NCBI GenBank assembly: GCA_040381765.1
Contig: JBEIGU010000002.1
Span: 9,298-73,297, forward strand
Reading direction: 5' to 3'
Source: Leptolyngbya sp.
GTDB lineage: Bacteria > Cyanobacteriota > Cyanobacteriia > Phormidesmidales > Phormidesmidaceae
DNA length: 64,000 nucleotides
Shown piece after piece: positions 39,400 to 51,616 of the stretch (position 1 is its first letter; each line of letters opens with the position of its first letter). The translations under genes and the position numbers were made by a program. The notes under the pieces were generated by a model that ran no database searches, was not told the DNA's origin, and saw nothing but the letters and a program-made list of their open reading frames with translations.

Positions 39400-41904
39400 A
39401 TGGGGGCTGACCAAGAACCACCCCAGCCAGATTGGCTGCGCTGGCATCGTGCCCTGGCCCTGGAGGCGGAAAGCGGCTTCAACGACCTGGTGGGTAAGCA
39501 GCAGTGCTTTAGCCAGTTTTTGGCTGACAGCCTGCGCCAGCCACCCCCCATTCTCCCCCTTGATCAGCAGGCAGTCTGGCAGGACCTGGCCCAATCCTAC
39601 GATCGCTACCCGGAGCTCAGCTTTGCTCAACGCCAACACCTGGTGGCCAAAACCCGACGGCTGCTGCACCATACCCGCCAGCTCTTGACGGTGCATCGCC
39701 AGGGGCAGGCCCACCGTCAAGGGGGCAACCGCCTGGCGGAGGGGGCGGCTCCCCCCTTGGTGGGCAGCGTCAGCGGCGGATCGGGGTCGATCCCTGGCGG
39801 GGTCGGTCCTGACCAGGCCCTCACCTACCTGAAGGGGATTAGTCCTAAAAACGCCGATCGCCTGGCTCGCCTGGGCCTGCACACGGTGGCGGATGTGCTT
39901 TGCTACTACCCCCGCGATCACCTCAACTACGCCCAACAGGTGAAAATTAGCGCCCTGGTGCCGGGGGAAGCCGTCACCCTGCTGGGGCGGGTGAAGCGGG
40001 TGAATTGTTTCACCAGCCCCCGCAACCGCCAGCTCACCATTTTTGAACTACTGCTGGCGGACGACAGCGGCCAGATCAAGCTCAACCGCTTCTACCCCGG
40101 CAACCGCTACAGCACCTCCAGCTGGCAGCAGCAGCAAAAACGCCAGTACCCCCTGGGGGCGATCGTGGCCGCCGCCGGGCTGGTGAAACAGGGTAAATTT
40201 GGCCTCACCCTGGAGGACCCCCACCTGGAGGTGCTGGATAGCCTCAGCGACCAGATCGAATCCCTCACCATTGGTCGCCTGGTGCCGGTCTATCCCCTGA
40301 CGGAGGGGGTGCCGGCGGACCTGGTGCGTCGGGCGGTGGCGGCGGCCCTACCGGCGGCGGCCCTGCTTACCGATCCCCTGTCGGGGGAGCTGCGGGCAAC
40401 CCACGGGTTGATCGAACTACCCCGGGCGATCGCCCAGATCCACTTCCCTGACCAGGAGGATAGCCTGGCCCAGGCCCGACGGCGGCTGGTGTTCGATGAA
40501 TTCTTCTACCTGCAACTGGGGCTGCTGCGTCGGCGCCAGCAACAACAGCAGGCACAAACCGCCATTACCCTGGCCCCCAGCGGCGAGCTCATCGATCGCT
40601 TTTACCAGATCCTACCCTTTGACCTGACCGGGGCCCAACGGCGAGTAGTGAATGCCATCCTCACGGACCTGCAAAAAACCGTACCCATGAACCGGCTAGT
40701 ACAGGGGGATGTGGGGTCAGGGAAAACCGTAGTGGCGGTAGTAGCCATGCTGGCGGCGGTGCAGGCGGGCTATCAGGCGGTGCTGATGGCCCCCACCGAG
40801 GTCCTGGCGGAGCAGCACTACCGTAAATTGGTAGAGTGGGGCACCCAATTACACCTGCCGGTGGAACTGCTCACGGGCTCAACCCGCACCGCCAAACGAC
40901 GCCAGACCCTGGCGGTGCTGGCGACGGGGGAACTACCACTGGTGGTGGGCACCCACGCCCTGATTGAAGACCCGGTGCAGTTCTCCGCCCTGGGCCTGGT
41001 GGTGATTGACGAGCAACACCGCTTCGGCGTCCAACAGCGGGCCCGCCTCACCCAGAAGGGCCGCCATCCCCACGTCCTCACCCTGACCGCCACCCCCATC
41101 CCCCGCACCCTTTCCCTCACCCTGCACGGCGACCTGGATGTCAGCCAGATCGACGAGCTACCCCCCGGGCGCCAGGCCATCAAAACCACCCTGCTAACCA
41201 GTCAGCAGCGGCCCCAGGCCTACGACCTGATCAAACGGGAAATCGCCCAGGGCCGCCAGGCCTACGTGGTGCTACCCCTGGTGGAGGAATCAGAAAAACT
41301 AGACCTGAAATCGGCGGTGGAGGAGCACCAACGCCTGGCCCAGGTGATTTTTCCCGATTTTCAGGTGGATCTGCTCCATGGCCGCCTGGGGTCAGGGGAG
41401 AAGGAGGCGGCCATCAGCCGGTTTCGCCAGGCCGCAAGTCAGATCCTGGTCTCCACCACGGTGGTGGAGGTGGGGGTGGATGTGCCCAACGCCACGGTGA
41501 TGCTGATCGAACACGCGGAGCGTTTCGGCCTGTCCCAATTGCACCAGCTCCGGGGCCGGGTGGGGCGGGGGGCAGCCCAGTCTTTTTGTTTACTGCTGAG
41601 CAGCAGCCGTAGCGAGGAGGCCCGCCAGCGGCTCCAGGTACTAGAGCAATCCCAGGATGGCTTCTTCATCGCCGAGATGGACCTGCGCCTGCGGGGCCCC
41701 GGGGAGGTGCTGGGCACCCGCCAATCCGGACTACCGGACTTTGCCCTGGCCAGCCTGATGACAGACCAGGAGGTGCTAATGCTGGCCCGCCAGGCGGCGG
41801 AACAGACCCTGGCCACGGACCCCTGCCTGAGCCAATCGCCCCAGCTGGCGGCGGAACTGCAGCGCCGCTACGATCAGCTGCTGCGGGGGACGATTATGAC
41901 CTAG
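39400..41904 (+). CDS. recG: ATP-dependent DNA helicase RecG
   Basis: QGDVGSGKT, MAPTEVLAEQH, IDEQHRFG, TATPIPRTL, QLRGRVGRG; cyanobacterial N-terminal extension; ATG at 39400. Confidence 0.97.
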   Translation: MGADQEPPQPDWLRWHRALALEAESGFNDLVGKQQCFSQFLADSLRQPPPILPLDQQAVWQDLAQSYDRYPELSFAQRQHLVAKTRRLLHHTRQLLTVHRQGQAHRQGGNRLAEGAAPPLVGSVSGGSGSIPGGVGPDQALTYLKGISPKNADRLARLGLHTVADVLCYYPRDHLNYAQQVKISALVPGEAVTLLGRVKRVNCFTSPRNRQLTIFELLLADDSGQIKLNRFYPGNRYSTSSWQQQQKRQYPLGAIVAAAGLVKQGKFGLTLEDPHLEVLDSLSDQIESLTIGRLVPVYPLTEGVPADLVRRAVAAALPAAALLTDPLSGELRATHGLIELPRAIAQIHFPDQEDSLAQARRRLVFDEFFYLQLGLLRRRQQQQQAQTAITLAPSGELIDRFYQILPFDLTGAQRRVVNAILTDLQKTVPMNRLVQGDVGSGKTVVAVVAMLAAVQAGYQAVLMAPTEVLAEQHYRKLVEWGTQLHLPVELLTGSTRTAKRRQTLAVLATGELPLVVGTHALIEDPVQFSALGLVVIDEQHRFGVQQRARLTQKGRHPHVLTLTATPIPRTLSLTLHGDLDVSQIDELPPGRQAIKTTLLTSQQRPQAYDLIKREIAQGRQAYVVLPLVEESEKLDLKSAVEEHQRLAQVIFPDFQVDLLHGRLGSGEKEAAISRFRQAASQILVSTTVVEVGVDVPNATVMLIEHAERFGLSQLHQLRGRVGRGAAQSFCLLLSSSRSEEARQRLQVLEQSQDGFFIAEMDLRLRGPGEVLGTRQSGLPDFALASLMTDQEVLMLARQAAEQTLATDPCLSQSPQLAAELQRRYDQLLRGTIMT

Positions 41905-41943
41905 GAGGCCTTGAATATAAAGAGGCCAAACCTGGCCTAGTAA

Positions 41944-43026
41944 CTAAGGACGATGGCCAGAATGGGGTTGATAGTAAACCAGAGAACCATAATCGGACAC
42001 ATAGCGACACTGCCAAAAGGCTTGACAGAAGCTAGTCCACAGGGATTCGCGAGACTGACGATAGTAGTCACCAAGAATAGGCTTGATGGCCGCCGTAGCG
42101 GTTTTCAAGTGGTAGTGGGGAATGCCCAGGAAAATGTGGTGGGCCACATGGGTGCCGATGTTGTGATGGAGGTCGTTAAACACCCCGTAATCTCGGTCAA
42201 TGGTGGAGAGGGCGCCCTTCAAGAAGGTCCAATCCTTACCCCGATACCAGGGAATTTCGGGAGTGGTATGGTGCAATAGGGTAACTAAATCCAGCCACAC
42301 TACAAACACCAGATAGGGTATCAGGTAGAACTTCACCATAAAGCTAACCCCACATTGCACCGTCAGCCCCAGCAGTAAAGTGACCATGGCTACACAGCAG
42401 AGGGTGCTAATCAGCACACCCCGCCGTTCTGAGGGTCGAAACAGTGGACTGCTCGGGAGAAAGTGGGACCCTTTGCGTCCAGGGGATCGGAGAAATAAGT
42501 ATAGGGGGTAGGCCAGCAAGGAGGCATAAAACCGCACAAACCGCTGGGCAGCAGGCAGGTCTCGATACTGGCTTTCTGAGAGGGGATACCAACTCTCATC
42601 GGTGTCGATGTTGGCGGTATTGGCGTGGTGGGTGCGGTGACTAATGCGCCAGCCGTGGTAGGGCACCAGAATGGGAGTGTGGGAGAGATGGCCGACTAGA
42701 TTATTTAGCCAATTCCACTTAGAAAACGACCCATGGCCGCAGTCGTGGCCTACCACAAACAGAGCCCAGAAGAGCGTGCCTTGCATCAGCCAGAACAGGG
42801 GATAAAACCACCAGGAATCCAGGCGATAGGCCGTGACGTAGAGGGCTACAACCAAACCGATATCCCTCAGGAAATAGGCTATAGATCGCCAGGCAGAGGG
42901 TTGAAAACACTGTTCTGGAATGGCGTTTTTCAAATCTTGGAGGGTAAAAGGCAAGCCTGAATCAGTGACAGCCTGATCTTCTGGAAGCACCCCTCCAGCA
43001 GGGATTCGGAAACATTCTAGTTGCAC
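41944..43026 (-). CDS. desB: Omega-3 (delta-15) fatty acid desaturase
   Basis: His boxes HDCGH, HRTHH, HVAHH; LPFTLQDLKNAIP; likely GTG start at 43026 (ORF open to 43053). Confidence 0.93.
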   Translation of the reverse strand: MQLECFRIPAGGVLPEDQAVTDSGLPFTLQDLKNAIPEQCFQPSAWRSIAYFLRDIGLVVALYVTAYRLDSWWFYPLFWLMQGTLFWALFVVGHDCGHGSFSKWNWLNNLVGHLSHTPILVPYHGWRISHRTHHANTANIDTDESWYPLSESQYRDLPAAQRFVRFYASLLAYPLYLFLRSPGRKGSHFLPSSPLFRPSERRGVLISTLCCVAMVTLLLGLTVQCGVSFMVKFYLIPYLVFVVWLDLVTLLHHTTPEIPWYRGKDWTFLKGALSTIDRDYGVFNDLHHNIGTHVAHHIFLGIPHYHLKTATAAIKPILGDYYRQSRESLWTSFCQAFWQCRYVSDYGSLVYYQPHSGHRP

Positions 43027-43158
43027 AAAAATACCGAGTTTAGTCGTAAACAATAAAAACCCTCATCGTATGGCTAACGGAGAGTCGTTACATATCTTAA
43101 CCTTTGACGATCCCCAAAATCACATTGAATTTATGGAAAATAGCCAGATTATGGACTT

Positions 43159-43217
43159 TAAACCTTGTCTAACTTGAAACCCGGAGTTTCTCGCCCTGCG
43201 GGAAGCAAGCTAAACCC
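43159..43217 (+). repeat. 59-bp dispersed repeat, copy 2
   Basis: 52/59 identical to 7317..7375, same orientation. Confidence 0.9.
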
Positions 43218-43458
43218 TTTGGGAGAGGGGCAAAACTACGATTCTCAATATGGACTTGGTTTAGGTGGCAAAGACCAGGGAGGTAGCATCGCCTTAAACA
43301 TCAAGGTTAGATGGGTGTATCTAAAGGCTAAGGAAAGGGCATAGTAGCGCATTAGTCCACGGCATTTTCTCTGTCCAAAGAAAATCAACAATCAATGCAA
43401 TTGCTGTACATCACAGGTTTGGTGGCCTAGAATCTAAAGAAATTATTAAGGCGCGGCC

Positions 43459-43671
43459 ATGAACCCAAAGCTTTTGCACCATTTATGGTCTTTGGTCGAT
43501 CGATCCCAGGGTAACCACCTCCTGTCCCTTGATGACAGTGGCCTAGCCCACTGGCTGATGGAGCAGTTCAGGTTAAACCAGCCCATTAATCAAACCGAAA
43601 GCGACCAGTTGAGTCACTACATTCGCTCTAAAATTCCCCTGATTCGAGACCTGCTGGTCAGAGGGCTTTAA
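43459..43671 (+). CDS. Small conserved cyanobacterial hypothetical protein (70 aa)
   Basis: LWSLV..LLSLDD..L..WL and YIRSKIPLIRDL pattern. Confidence 0.7.
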   Translation: MNPKLLHHLWSLVDRSQGNHLLSLDDSGLAHWLMEQFRLNQPINQTESDQLSHYIRSKIPLIRDLLVRGL

Positions 43672-44006
43672 GCCTCAGCTCGATCAGTCATTACTTACCC
43701 TAATTGAACCACCAACAAAAACCATGCCCGATTGGTTAGGGTTATTTGCCGGGACAGATCGGTTGGCCAGGCCCAATCTATTTTGATGCAGGTTTAGTTG
43801 AGGTCATCACTGCAGACCTTAGATTAGTTTCCGCAGATGGGCGCAGGCCCCTGCCGCAAAGTTCTAAAGCATCCAGAACAGATTGTTGATTTTGATACAA
43901 ATTACAGACCCAAATCATAGGAGGGTTTAGATTAGTTTAATATTTTTTTACTTTCCGGTATCTTTAGAAAGATTTCTTTGTGAGTTTTGTGAGTGAGGAG
44001 TGATTT

Positions 44007-45092
44007 ATGCGCAGACTTAGTTTACTGGCAGCGGCCTTGAGTTTAACCATCGCAGCCTGTAACACAACGGCTCCGACCACTACTGCCCCTTCTGGAGAAG
44101 GGACTGCAGCTTCAACCACCGTAGGCAACCGCCTGGCCACCATTAAGGAACGGGGCAAGTTGATTTGTGGGGTGGAGGGCACCATTCCTGGCTTTAGTTT
44201 TGTAGACCAAACCGGTAAGTACTCCGGCATGGATGTGGATACCTGCCGCGCCGTTGCCGCTGCCGTCTTTGGTACCGCTGAGGATATTGACAGCAAAATT
44301 GAGTACCGCAACTTGGACTCCACCGCCCGTTTCCCCGCTCTGCAAAATGGTGAGGTGGATATGCTGTCCCGCAACACCACCTGGACCATTAGCCGTGACT
44401 CCGCCGGCGGCAATGGCCTGGAGTTTGCCCCCACCACCTTCTACGATGGGCAGGGGGTGATGGTTTCTAAGGCCAGTGGCATTAAGGACTTTGCCGGCCT
44501 CAACGGCAAGTCGGTCTGCGTAGAAACCGGCACCACCACTGAGTTGAACCTGGCCAGTCGAGTGAAGGAAGCCGGCATCACCATTAATGAAGTCAAGTTT
44601 CAGGATTCTAATGCCGCCTCCGCCGCCTACACCGAGGGGCGTTGCGAAGCTTTTACCTCTGACCGGTCCCAGTTGGCGGCCAAGCGGACGGGCCTACCTA
44701 AGCCCGACGATCACATTCTATTAGATGACGTCCTGTCTAAGGAGCCCCTTGGCCCGGTGACCGTGAATAATGACTCCGCCTGGTATGACGTGGTCAAGTG
44801 GGTAACCTACGGCCTGTTCCAGGCTGAGGAATTTGGCATTACCCAGGCCAACGTAACCGAAAAACTCACCGATCCCAGCCCCGATATTCAAAACTTCCTC
44901 GGGGTACAAGGGGATTTGGGTAAACAATTAGGGTTATCCAACGACTTTATGGTGCACACCATCAAGGCGGTGGGCAACTACGGTGAAGTCTTTGAGCGGA
45001 ATGTGGGGGCTGATTCCCCCCTTAAAATTGACCGGGGTCTGAATAACCTCTGGACAAAGGGTGGCTTAATCTACTCTCCTCCCTTCCGTTAA
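44007..45092 (+). CDS. natF: Amino acid ABC transporter substrate-binding lipoprotein (AapJ/BztA/NatF)
   Basis: Lipobox IAAC, RNTTWTISRD, FYDGQG, SKEPLGP, VGNYGE. Confidence 0.92.
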   Translation: MRRLSLLAAALSLTIAACNTTAPTTTAPSGEGTAASTTVGNRLATIKERGKLICGVEGTIPGFSFVDQTGKYSGMDVDTCRAVAAAVFGTAEDIDSKIEYRNLDSTARFPALQNGEVDMLSRNTTWTISRDSAGGNGLEFAPTTFYDGQGVMVSKASGIKDFAGLNGKSVCVETGTTTELNLASRVKEAGITINEVKFQDSNAASAAYTEGRCEAFTSDRSQLAAKRTGLPKPDDHILLDDVLSKEPLGPVTVNNDSAWYDVVKWVTYGLFQAEEFGITQANVTEKLTDPSPDIQNFLGVQGDLGKQLGLSNDFMVHTIKAVGNYGEVFERNVGADSPLKIDRGLNNLWTKGGLIYSPPFR

Positions 45093-45157
45093 GATCTATT
45101 CCCTTACCCGTGGCAGGGAATTCATTTCCCTGCCACGTCACCCATACCGGTCTACCT

Positions 45158-46330
45158 ATGGCCTCCCCCACTCCCCCCGACAATTCCGTTCCCCTATGGC
45201 GAGACGATCGCATCCTTCGCCTGGGTCTTCAGGCTTTGGTACTGGTGGTGGTGGTGGGGGCGGGGGCGATTATGGTGGGCAACATGAATCGCAACCTGCA
45301 GCAGCTGGGCAGGCAGTTTGACTACGGTTTCTTGAAGAATCAAGCCGGTTTTAACATCGGCGAAAGTATTCTGCCCTACGCCCCCAACGACAGCTACGGG
45401 TGGGCCCTGTTTGTAGGGTTGGTGAATACCCTGCGGCTGATTTTGGTGGGGTTTATTACCACTACGGCGGTGGGGGTATTGGCGGGTATCGCCAGCTTTT
45501 CCGACAACTGGTTGATCCGCCGCTTAAATTTGATCTACGTGGAGGTGGTGCGCAACACTCCCCTCCTCCTACAACTGTTTTGCTGGTATTTCGTTATTCT
45601 CTTTGGCCTCTCCCAGGGGGGGGAGGTGCGGCGCATCTTGGCGGGAGTTTACGTTAGCAAAAAGGGGCTGACCCTGCCCTGGCCCGCCAACACCCCAGCC
45701 GCCTGGCTGTCGGCCCTGGCCCTGGTGATGCTGGCGGTGGCCGTCTACCTGGTGTGGCGCTGGCGCCTGGGGCAAATTCAGCAGTCCGGTCGGCCAGGGC
45801 GAGCACCGGGGCTACTGCTCTGGGGGTTGGGGGCGATCGCCCTCAGCCTATTTTGCTTTGGCCTAGGCTGGAGCTTTCCTCGCTTGGGTGACGATAACCT
45901 GGTGGTAGGCGGGGTGCGGATTTCCCTGGAGTATGCCGCCATGCTGGCGGGGCTAACCTTCTATACCGGCGCCTTCATCGCCGAAATTGTGCGAGCTGGT
46001 ATCCAGTCCGTTTCCCGTGGGCAGTGGGAAGCGGCCCGGTCCCTGGGGTTGAAAACCGGGCTAGCCCTGCGGCTGGTGGTCTTTCCCCAGGCCCTGCGGG
46101 TAATTATTCCCTCCCTCAGCGGCCAGTATATGAATCTGGCTAAGAACTCCAGCCTGGCCCTGGCGATCGGCTACCCTGATATTTTCGCCACGGGCCAAAC
46201 CATCCAAAACCAGACCGGTCGGGCGGTGGAGGTGGTGCTACTGTGGGCGGTGACCTACCTGAGTATCAATCTGATTATCTCCCTGGTGATGAATCGGTTT
46301 AACCAAAGCGTGCAAATCCGAGAGCGCTAG
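45158..46330 (+). CDS. natG: Amino acid ABC transporter permease
   Basis: RNTPLLLQL, AFIAEIVRAGIQSV..GQWEAA, KNSSLA; ATG at 45158. Confidence 0.92.
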   Translation: MASPTPPDNSVPLWRDDRILRLGLQALVLVVVVGAGAIMVGNMNRNLQQLGRQFDYGFLKNQAGFNIGESILPYAPNDSYGWALFVGLVNTLRLILVGFITTTAVGVLAGIASFSDNWLIRRLNLIYVEVVRNTPLLLQLFCWYFVILFGLSQGGEVRRILAGVYVSKKGLTLPWPANTPAAWLSALALVMLAVAVYLVWRWRLGQIQQSGRPGRAPGLLLWGLGAIALSLFCFGLGWSFPRLGDDNLVVGGVRISLEYAAMLAGLTFYTGAFIAEIVRAGIQSVSRGQWEAARSLGLKTGLALRLVVFPQALRVIIPSLSGQYMNLAKNSSLALAIGYPDIFATGQTIQNQTGRAVEVVLLWAVTYLSINLIISLVMNRFNQSVQIRER

Positions 46331-46332
46331 CC

Positions 46333-47556
46333 ATGACCTTGACTCGCCCCGTCGCTTCCCTGCCCCCGGGCTCAGCCGGCCTTACGCCCCTGGCCTGGCT
46401 CCGCAAGAATCTGTTTAGCAGCTGGTTTAATGGCATCCTTACCCTCCTACTGGGGGCCCTCCTACTGCAGTCCCTGGTGAGGTTTCTTCAGTGGGCCCGG
46501 AGTGTCGCCCAGTGGGGGGTAATTCCCACCAATCTACCGCTATTTTTCGTGGGCCGGTTTCCCTCCGATCAATACTGGCGTCTCTGGGTGCTGCTTACCC
46601 TGCTTACCCTGATGGCGGGCCTCACCTGGGGGGTGTTAACTCGCCTCTCCAGTCGCCTGTTCGGCCCTGGCTCCCTGGTGGGGTTGGCCGTGGCCACCCT
46701 GACCGTGATCATCCTACCGATTGCCGGTGACCAAGCCCTGCTGGTGAAGCTTAAGTTGCTGGGACTCTTAGGGCTGCTGATGGTTACTGCCTGGCTGGGC
46801 CATGGCTGGGGCCAGCAACGACCCGGGTTAGGACGATGGCTAGCCTTGGGTTGGAGTCTGATGTTTTTAGTGGGGCTCTGGCTGGTGATCGGTGGCCTGG
46901 GGTTGCCGATGGTGGCCAGTACCGCCTGGGGAGGTTTATTACTGACGGCCCTGATGTCCCTGGTTAGTATTGTCCTATCCTTTCCCTTTGGGGTGCTGCT
47001 GGCTCTGGGTAGACAGAGTCCTCTGCCGGTAATTCGGGTGCTGTCGAGCTTTTACATTGAGGTGGTGCGGGGGGTACCGCTGATTACGGTTTTGTTCATT
47101 GGGCTGATTATGGTGCCCCTATTTTTGCCCGGTAATTGGCGGCTAGATGTGGTGTTCAGGGCCATTTTAGGGCTTACCCTGTTCACCGCTGCCTACTTAG
47201 CGGAAACCGTACGGGGGGGGTTACAGGCTATTCCCAAGGGGCAGTATGAGGCCGCCAGCTCCCTGGGGCTGAGCACCCCCCTCTCCCTGGGGTTAATTAT
47301 CCTGCCCCAGGCCTTGAAGATCTCTATTCCGGCGATTGTGGGGCTGTTTATTAGCCTGCTGCAGGACACCACCCTGGTGTCTATTGTGGGTTTGTTTGAT
47401 TTGCTGGGCATGAGTCGATCCATTCTGGCTAACCCGCTGTTCATCGGGCGCTATGGGGAGGTTTACCTGTTTATTGGTGTGTTGTACTGGCTGTTGTGCT
47501 ACGCCATGTCCCAGGGTAGCCGCTATTTAGAACGGCAGTTACACACCAGTCACTAA
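46333..47556 (+). CDS. natH: Amino acid ABC transporter permease
   Basis: RGVPLIT, AYLAETVRGGLQAIPKGQYEAA, QDTTL. Confidence 0.92.
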   Translation: MTLTRPVASLPPGSAGLTPLAWLRKNLFSSWFNGILTLLLGALLLQSLVRFLQWARSVAQWGVIPTNLPLFFVGRFPSDQYWRLWVLLTLLTLMAGLTWGVLTRLSSRLFGPGSLVGLAVATLTVIILPIAGDQALLVKLKLLGLLGLLMVTAWLGHGWGQQRPGLGRWLALGWSLMFLVGLWLVIGGLGLPMVASTAWGGLLLTALMSLVSIVLSFPFGVLLALGRQSPLPVIRVLSSFYIEVVRGVPLITVLFIGLIMVPLFLPGNWRLDVVFRAILGLTLFTAAYLAETVRGGLQAIPKGQYEAASSLGLSTPLSLGLIILPQALKISIPAIVGLFISLLQDTTLVSIVGLFDLLGMSRSILANPLFIGRYGEVYLFIGVLYWLLCYAMSQGSRYLERQLHTSH

Positions 47557-47643
47557 ACCCAGCTACCGATGAGATGTAACCCAGTTCATTGAATCGGGCC
47601 CGAACTTCTTCTAAAATACTGTTTAAACAATGGACTTGCCCCT

Positions 47644-48423
47644 ATGACTCAGTTTCAAACCGAAACCATGGGCACTGACACCACCCCGGGTCAACCCATG
47701 ATTATCACCGAGGGGGTTGAGAAGTGGTACGACAACAACTTCCATGTGTTGAAGGGGGTGAGTCTACAGGTTAACCGAGGCGAGGTGGTGGTGATCATGG
47801 GGCCCTCCGGTTCGGGCAAGTCCACCTTTATCCGCACCTTTAATGCCCTGGAAACCTACCAGAAGGGGGTTATTGTGGTGGATGGCATGAAACTCTCCCA
47901 CGACCTGAAAAACATCGAGGCGATTCGCCGGGAGGTGGGGATGGTGTTTCAGCAGTTTAATCTGTTCCCCCACCTGACGGTGCTTCAGAATGTCACCCTG
48001 GCTCCCATTTGGGTACGCCATTGGCCTAAGGCCAAGGCCCAGGAGGTGGCCCTGCAGCTGTTAGAACGGGTGGGCATTTTGGAGCAGGCCCACAAGTTTC
48101 CAGGGCAACTCTCCGGTGGGCAGCAGCAGCGGGTGGCGATCGCCCGCTCCCTGGCCATGCAACCCAAGATCATGCTCTTCGACGAACCCACCTCCGCCCT
48201 TGACCCAGAAATGGTGCGGGAGGTGCTGGACGTGATGCGCACCCTGGCAAACTCGGGCATGACCATGGTGTGTGTCACCCACGAGGTGGGGTTTGCCCGG
48301 GAGGTGGCTGACCGGGTGGTGCTAATGGACGAAGGCTACCTGGTGGAGGGAAATACCCCCCAGGAGTTTTTCAGTAACCCCCGGGAGGAACGCACCCAGA
48401 AATTTCTCTCCCAAATTCTTTAG
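47644..48423 (+). CDS. bgtA: Amino acid ABC transporter ATP-binding subunit (AapP/BztD/BgtA)
   Basis: [33 protein letters not shown]; gene order matches the N-II system. Confidence 0.88.
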   Translation: MTQFQTETMGTDTTPGQPMIITEGVEKWYDNNFHVLKGVSLQVNRGEVVVIMGPSGSGKSTFIRTFNALETYQKGVIVVDGMKLSHDLKNIEAIRREVGMVFQQFNLFPHLTVLQNVTLAPIWVRHWPKAKAQEVALQLLERVGILEQAHKFPGQLSGGQQQRVAIARSLAMQPKIMLFDEPTSALDPEMVREVLDVMRTLANSGMTMVCVTHEVGFAREVADRVVLMDEGYLVEGNTPQEFFSNPREERTQKFLSQIL

Positions 48424-48431
48424 GGCTAACC

Positions 48432-49712
48432 ATGGTACGATTTGGCCTCTTCTGTCCGCCGGCGATCGGCCATTTAAACCCTACGGCCACCCTGGGGCTA
48501 GAGCTGCAGCGCCGTGGTCACCAGGTGTTTTTTTTAGGGGTGCCTGACGCCCTGGCCAAGGTTGATCACCTGGGATTTACCCGGGTGGAAATAGGTGCGG
48601 CGGACTACCCACCAGGCTACCTGGATGAGATCTACAGAACCCTGGGCCGCCTTACCGGTCGCCCCGGCCTGCAATACACCATTGCCCTGGTCAAGGCTGA
48701 GGCCGAAATGCTGTTTCGTGAGGCTCCCACGGCGATTGAGTCAGCCGGCATTGAGGTGCTAATCCTGGATCAAATTACCGCCGCCATGGCGACGGTGGCC
48801 GATCACCTGAAGCGGCCCTTTATTACCGTCTGCAACGCCCTGCCAGTCAACCGGGAACCTGGGGTTCCTCCCTACTTTACGGCCTGGGCCTATAACCCTA
48901 GTCCTTGGGCCCAAGGGCGCAACCAAATCGGTAATGGACTAATTCAATGGCTGACCCGTGATCTGATTCGCACCCTTGGGGCTCAACGGCAAGCCTGGAA
49001 CTTGCCCGCCTACCGGCAGCAAGGGGATGCCTACTCCCCCCTGGCCCAAATTTCCCAGCTACCCCGGGCCCTAGACTTTCCCCGTCGGCGGTTACCTGCC
49101 CACTTTCACTACCTCGGCCCCTTTCAAGACCCCTCTGGAATAGAACCGATCGCCACGGCCGCTCGTCCCTTCCCCTTTGACCAGCTCGATGACCGCCCCC
49201 TAATCTATGCTTCCCTGGGTACCCTACAAAACCAGCGACCGGAAATTTTTGTTGATATTGCCGAGGCCTGCCGAGGCCTCGAGGCCCAACTGGTGATCTC
49301 CCTGGGCAACCCCCAGGCCCAACCCCTGCCCCTACCAGGAAACCCCTTGGTGGTACCCTTTGCCCCCCACCAACGCCTGATTGAGCGATCGCAGCTGGTG
49401 ATTACCCATGCCGGTATGAATACCGTGTTGACCGCCTTAAGTTGCGCCAAACCCCTGGTCACCATTCCCATCACTAACGAACAACCAGGAATTGCCGCCC
49501 GAGTTGAGCGCAGTGGGGCCGGCCGCCGTCTAGGGCTGAAGCAGTTAAATCCATCTAGCCTAAGGCAGGTGATCAGGGAGGTTTTAGAACAGCCCAGCTA
49601 CCGAGCTCGAGCCCAAGCTCTCCAGGAAGAGATCGCCCGGGCGGGTGGAGTGCGTCGGGCGGCGGAAATTGCAGAGCAGGTGGCTCTTACCAATGAACCG
49701 GTTGTGGCCTAG
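48432..49712 (+). CDS. GT1/MGT-family glycosyltransferase (CrtX-like)
   Basis: GHLNP..TLG.ELQRRGH, ASLGT, ITHAGMNT, EQPG. Confidence 0.9.
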   Translation: MVRFGLFCPPAIGHLNPTATLGLELQRRGHQVFFLGVPDALAKVDHLGFTRVEIGAADYPPGYLDEIYRTLGRLTGRPGLQYTIALVKAEAEMLFREAPTAIESAGIEVLILDQITAAMATVADHLKRPFITVCNALPVNREPGVPPYFTAWAYNPSPWAQGRNQIGNGLIQWLTRDLIRTLGAQRQAWNLPAYRQQGDAYSPLAQISQLPRALDFPRRRLPAHFHYLGPFQDPSGIEPIATAARPFPFDQLDDRPLIYASLGTLQNQRPEIFVDIAEACRGLEAQLVISLGNPQAQPLPLPGNPLVVPFAPHQRLIERSQLVITHAGMNTVLTALSCAKPLVTIPITNEQPGIAARVERSGAGRRLGLKQLNPSSLRQVIREVLEQPSYRARAQALQEEIARAGGVRRAAEIAEQVALTNEPVVA

Positions 49713-49716
49713 GGCT

Positions 49717-49747
49717 TCCAGGGGAGGTTCGTTCAACTTCCCCTGGA
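49717..49747. terminator. Hairpin between convergent genes (likely bidirectional terminator)
   Basis: tccaggggaggtt-cgttc-aacttcccctgga, 13-bp stem with one G-U pair. Confidence 0.65.
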
Positions 49748-49814
49748 GGTATTGAAACCTGATGCTGGCTCGCCTCCGCCCCCTTGCAGGGGGCTAGGGC
49801 TAAGCTGGGAGGGC

Positions 49815-51521
<1,707 letters not shown>

Positions 51522-51548
51522 CTAGCACTCATTGAGGTCGAGTGCCAG
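51522..51548 (-). promoter_or_regulatory. CIRCE (HrcA operator)
   Basis: CTGGCACTC-N9-GAGTGCTAG about 30 bp upstream of groEL2, versus consensus TTAGCACTC-N9-GAGTGCTAA. Confidence 0.9.
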
Positions 51549-51616
51549 CTTTGCTAGCCTATCGCTGTCAGGGGCCGGCGGTAAGTCGCAATAACCGATC
51601 CTGATTGGTCATGGAA

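Noticed and set aside
43890-43910. Possible NtcA site upstream of natF
   Set aside because: No GTA-N8-TAC with correct spacing.
51585-51600. K-box-like sequence upstream of groEL2
   Set aside because: Three mismatches to GTTCGG-NNAN-CCNNAC; too weak to call.
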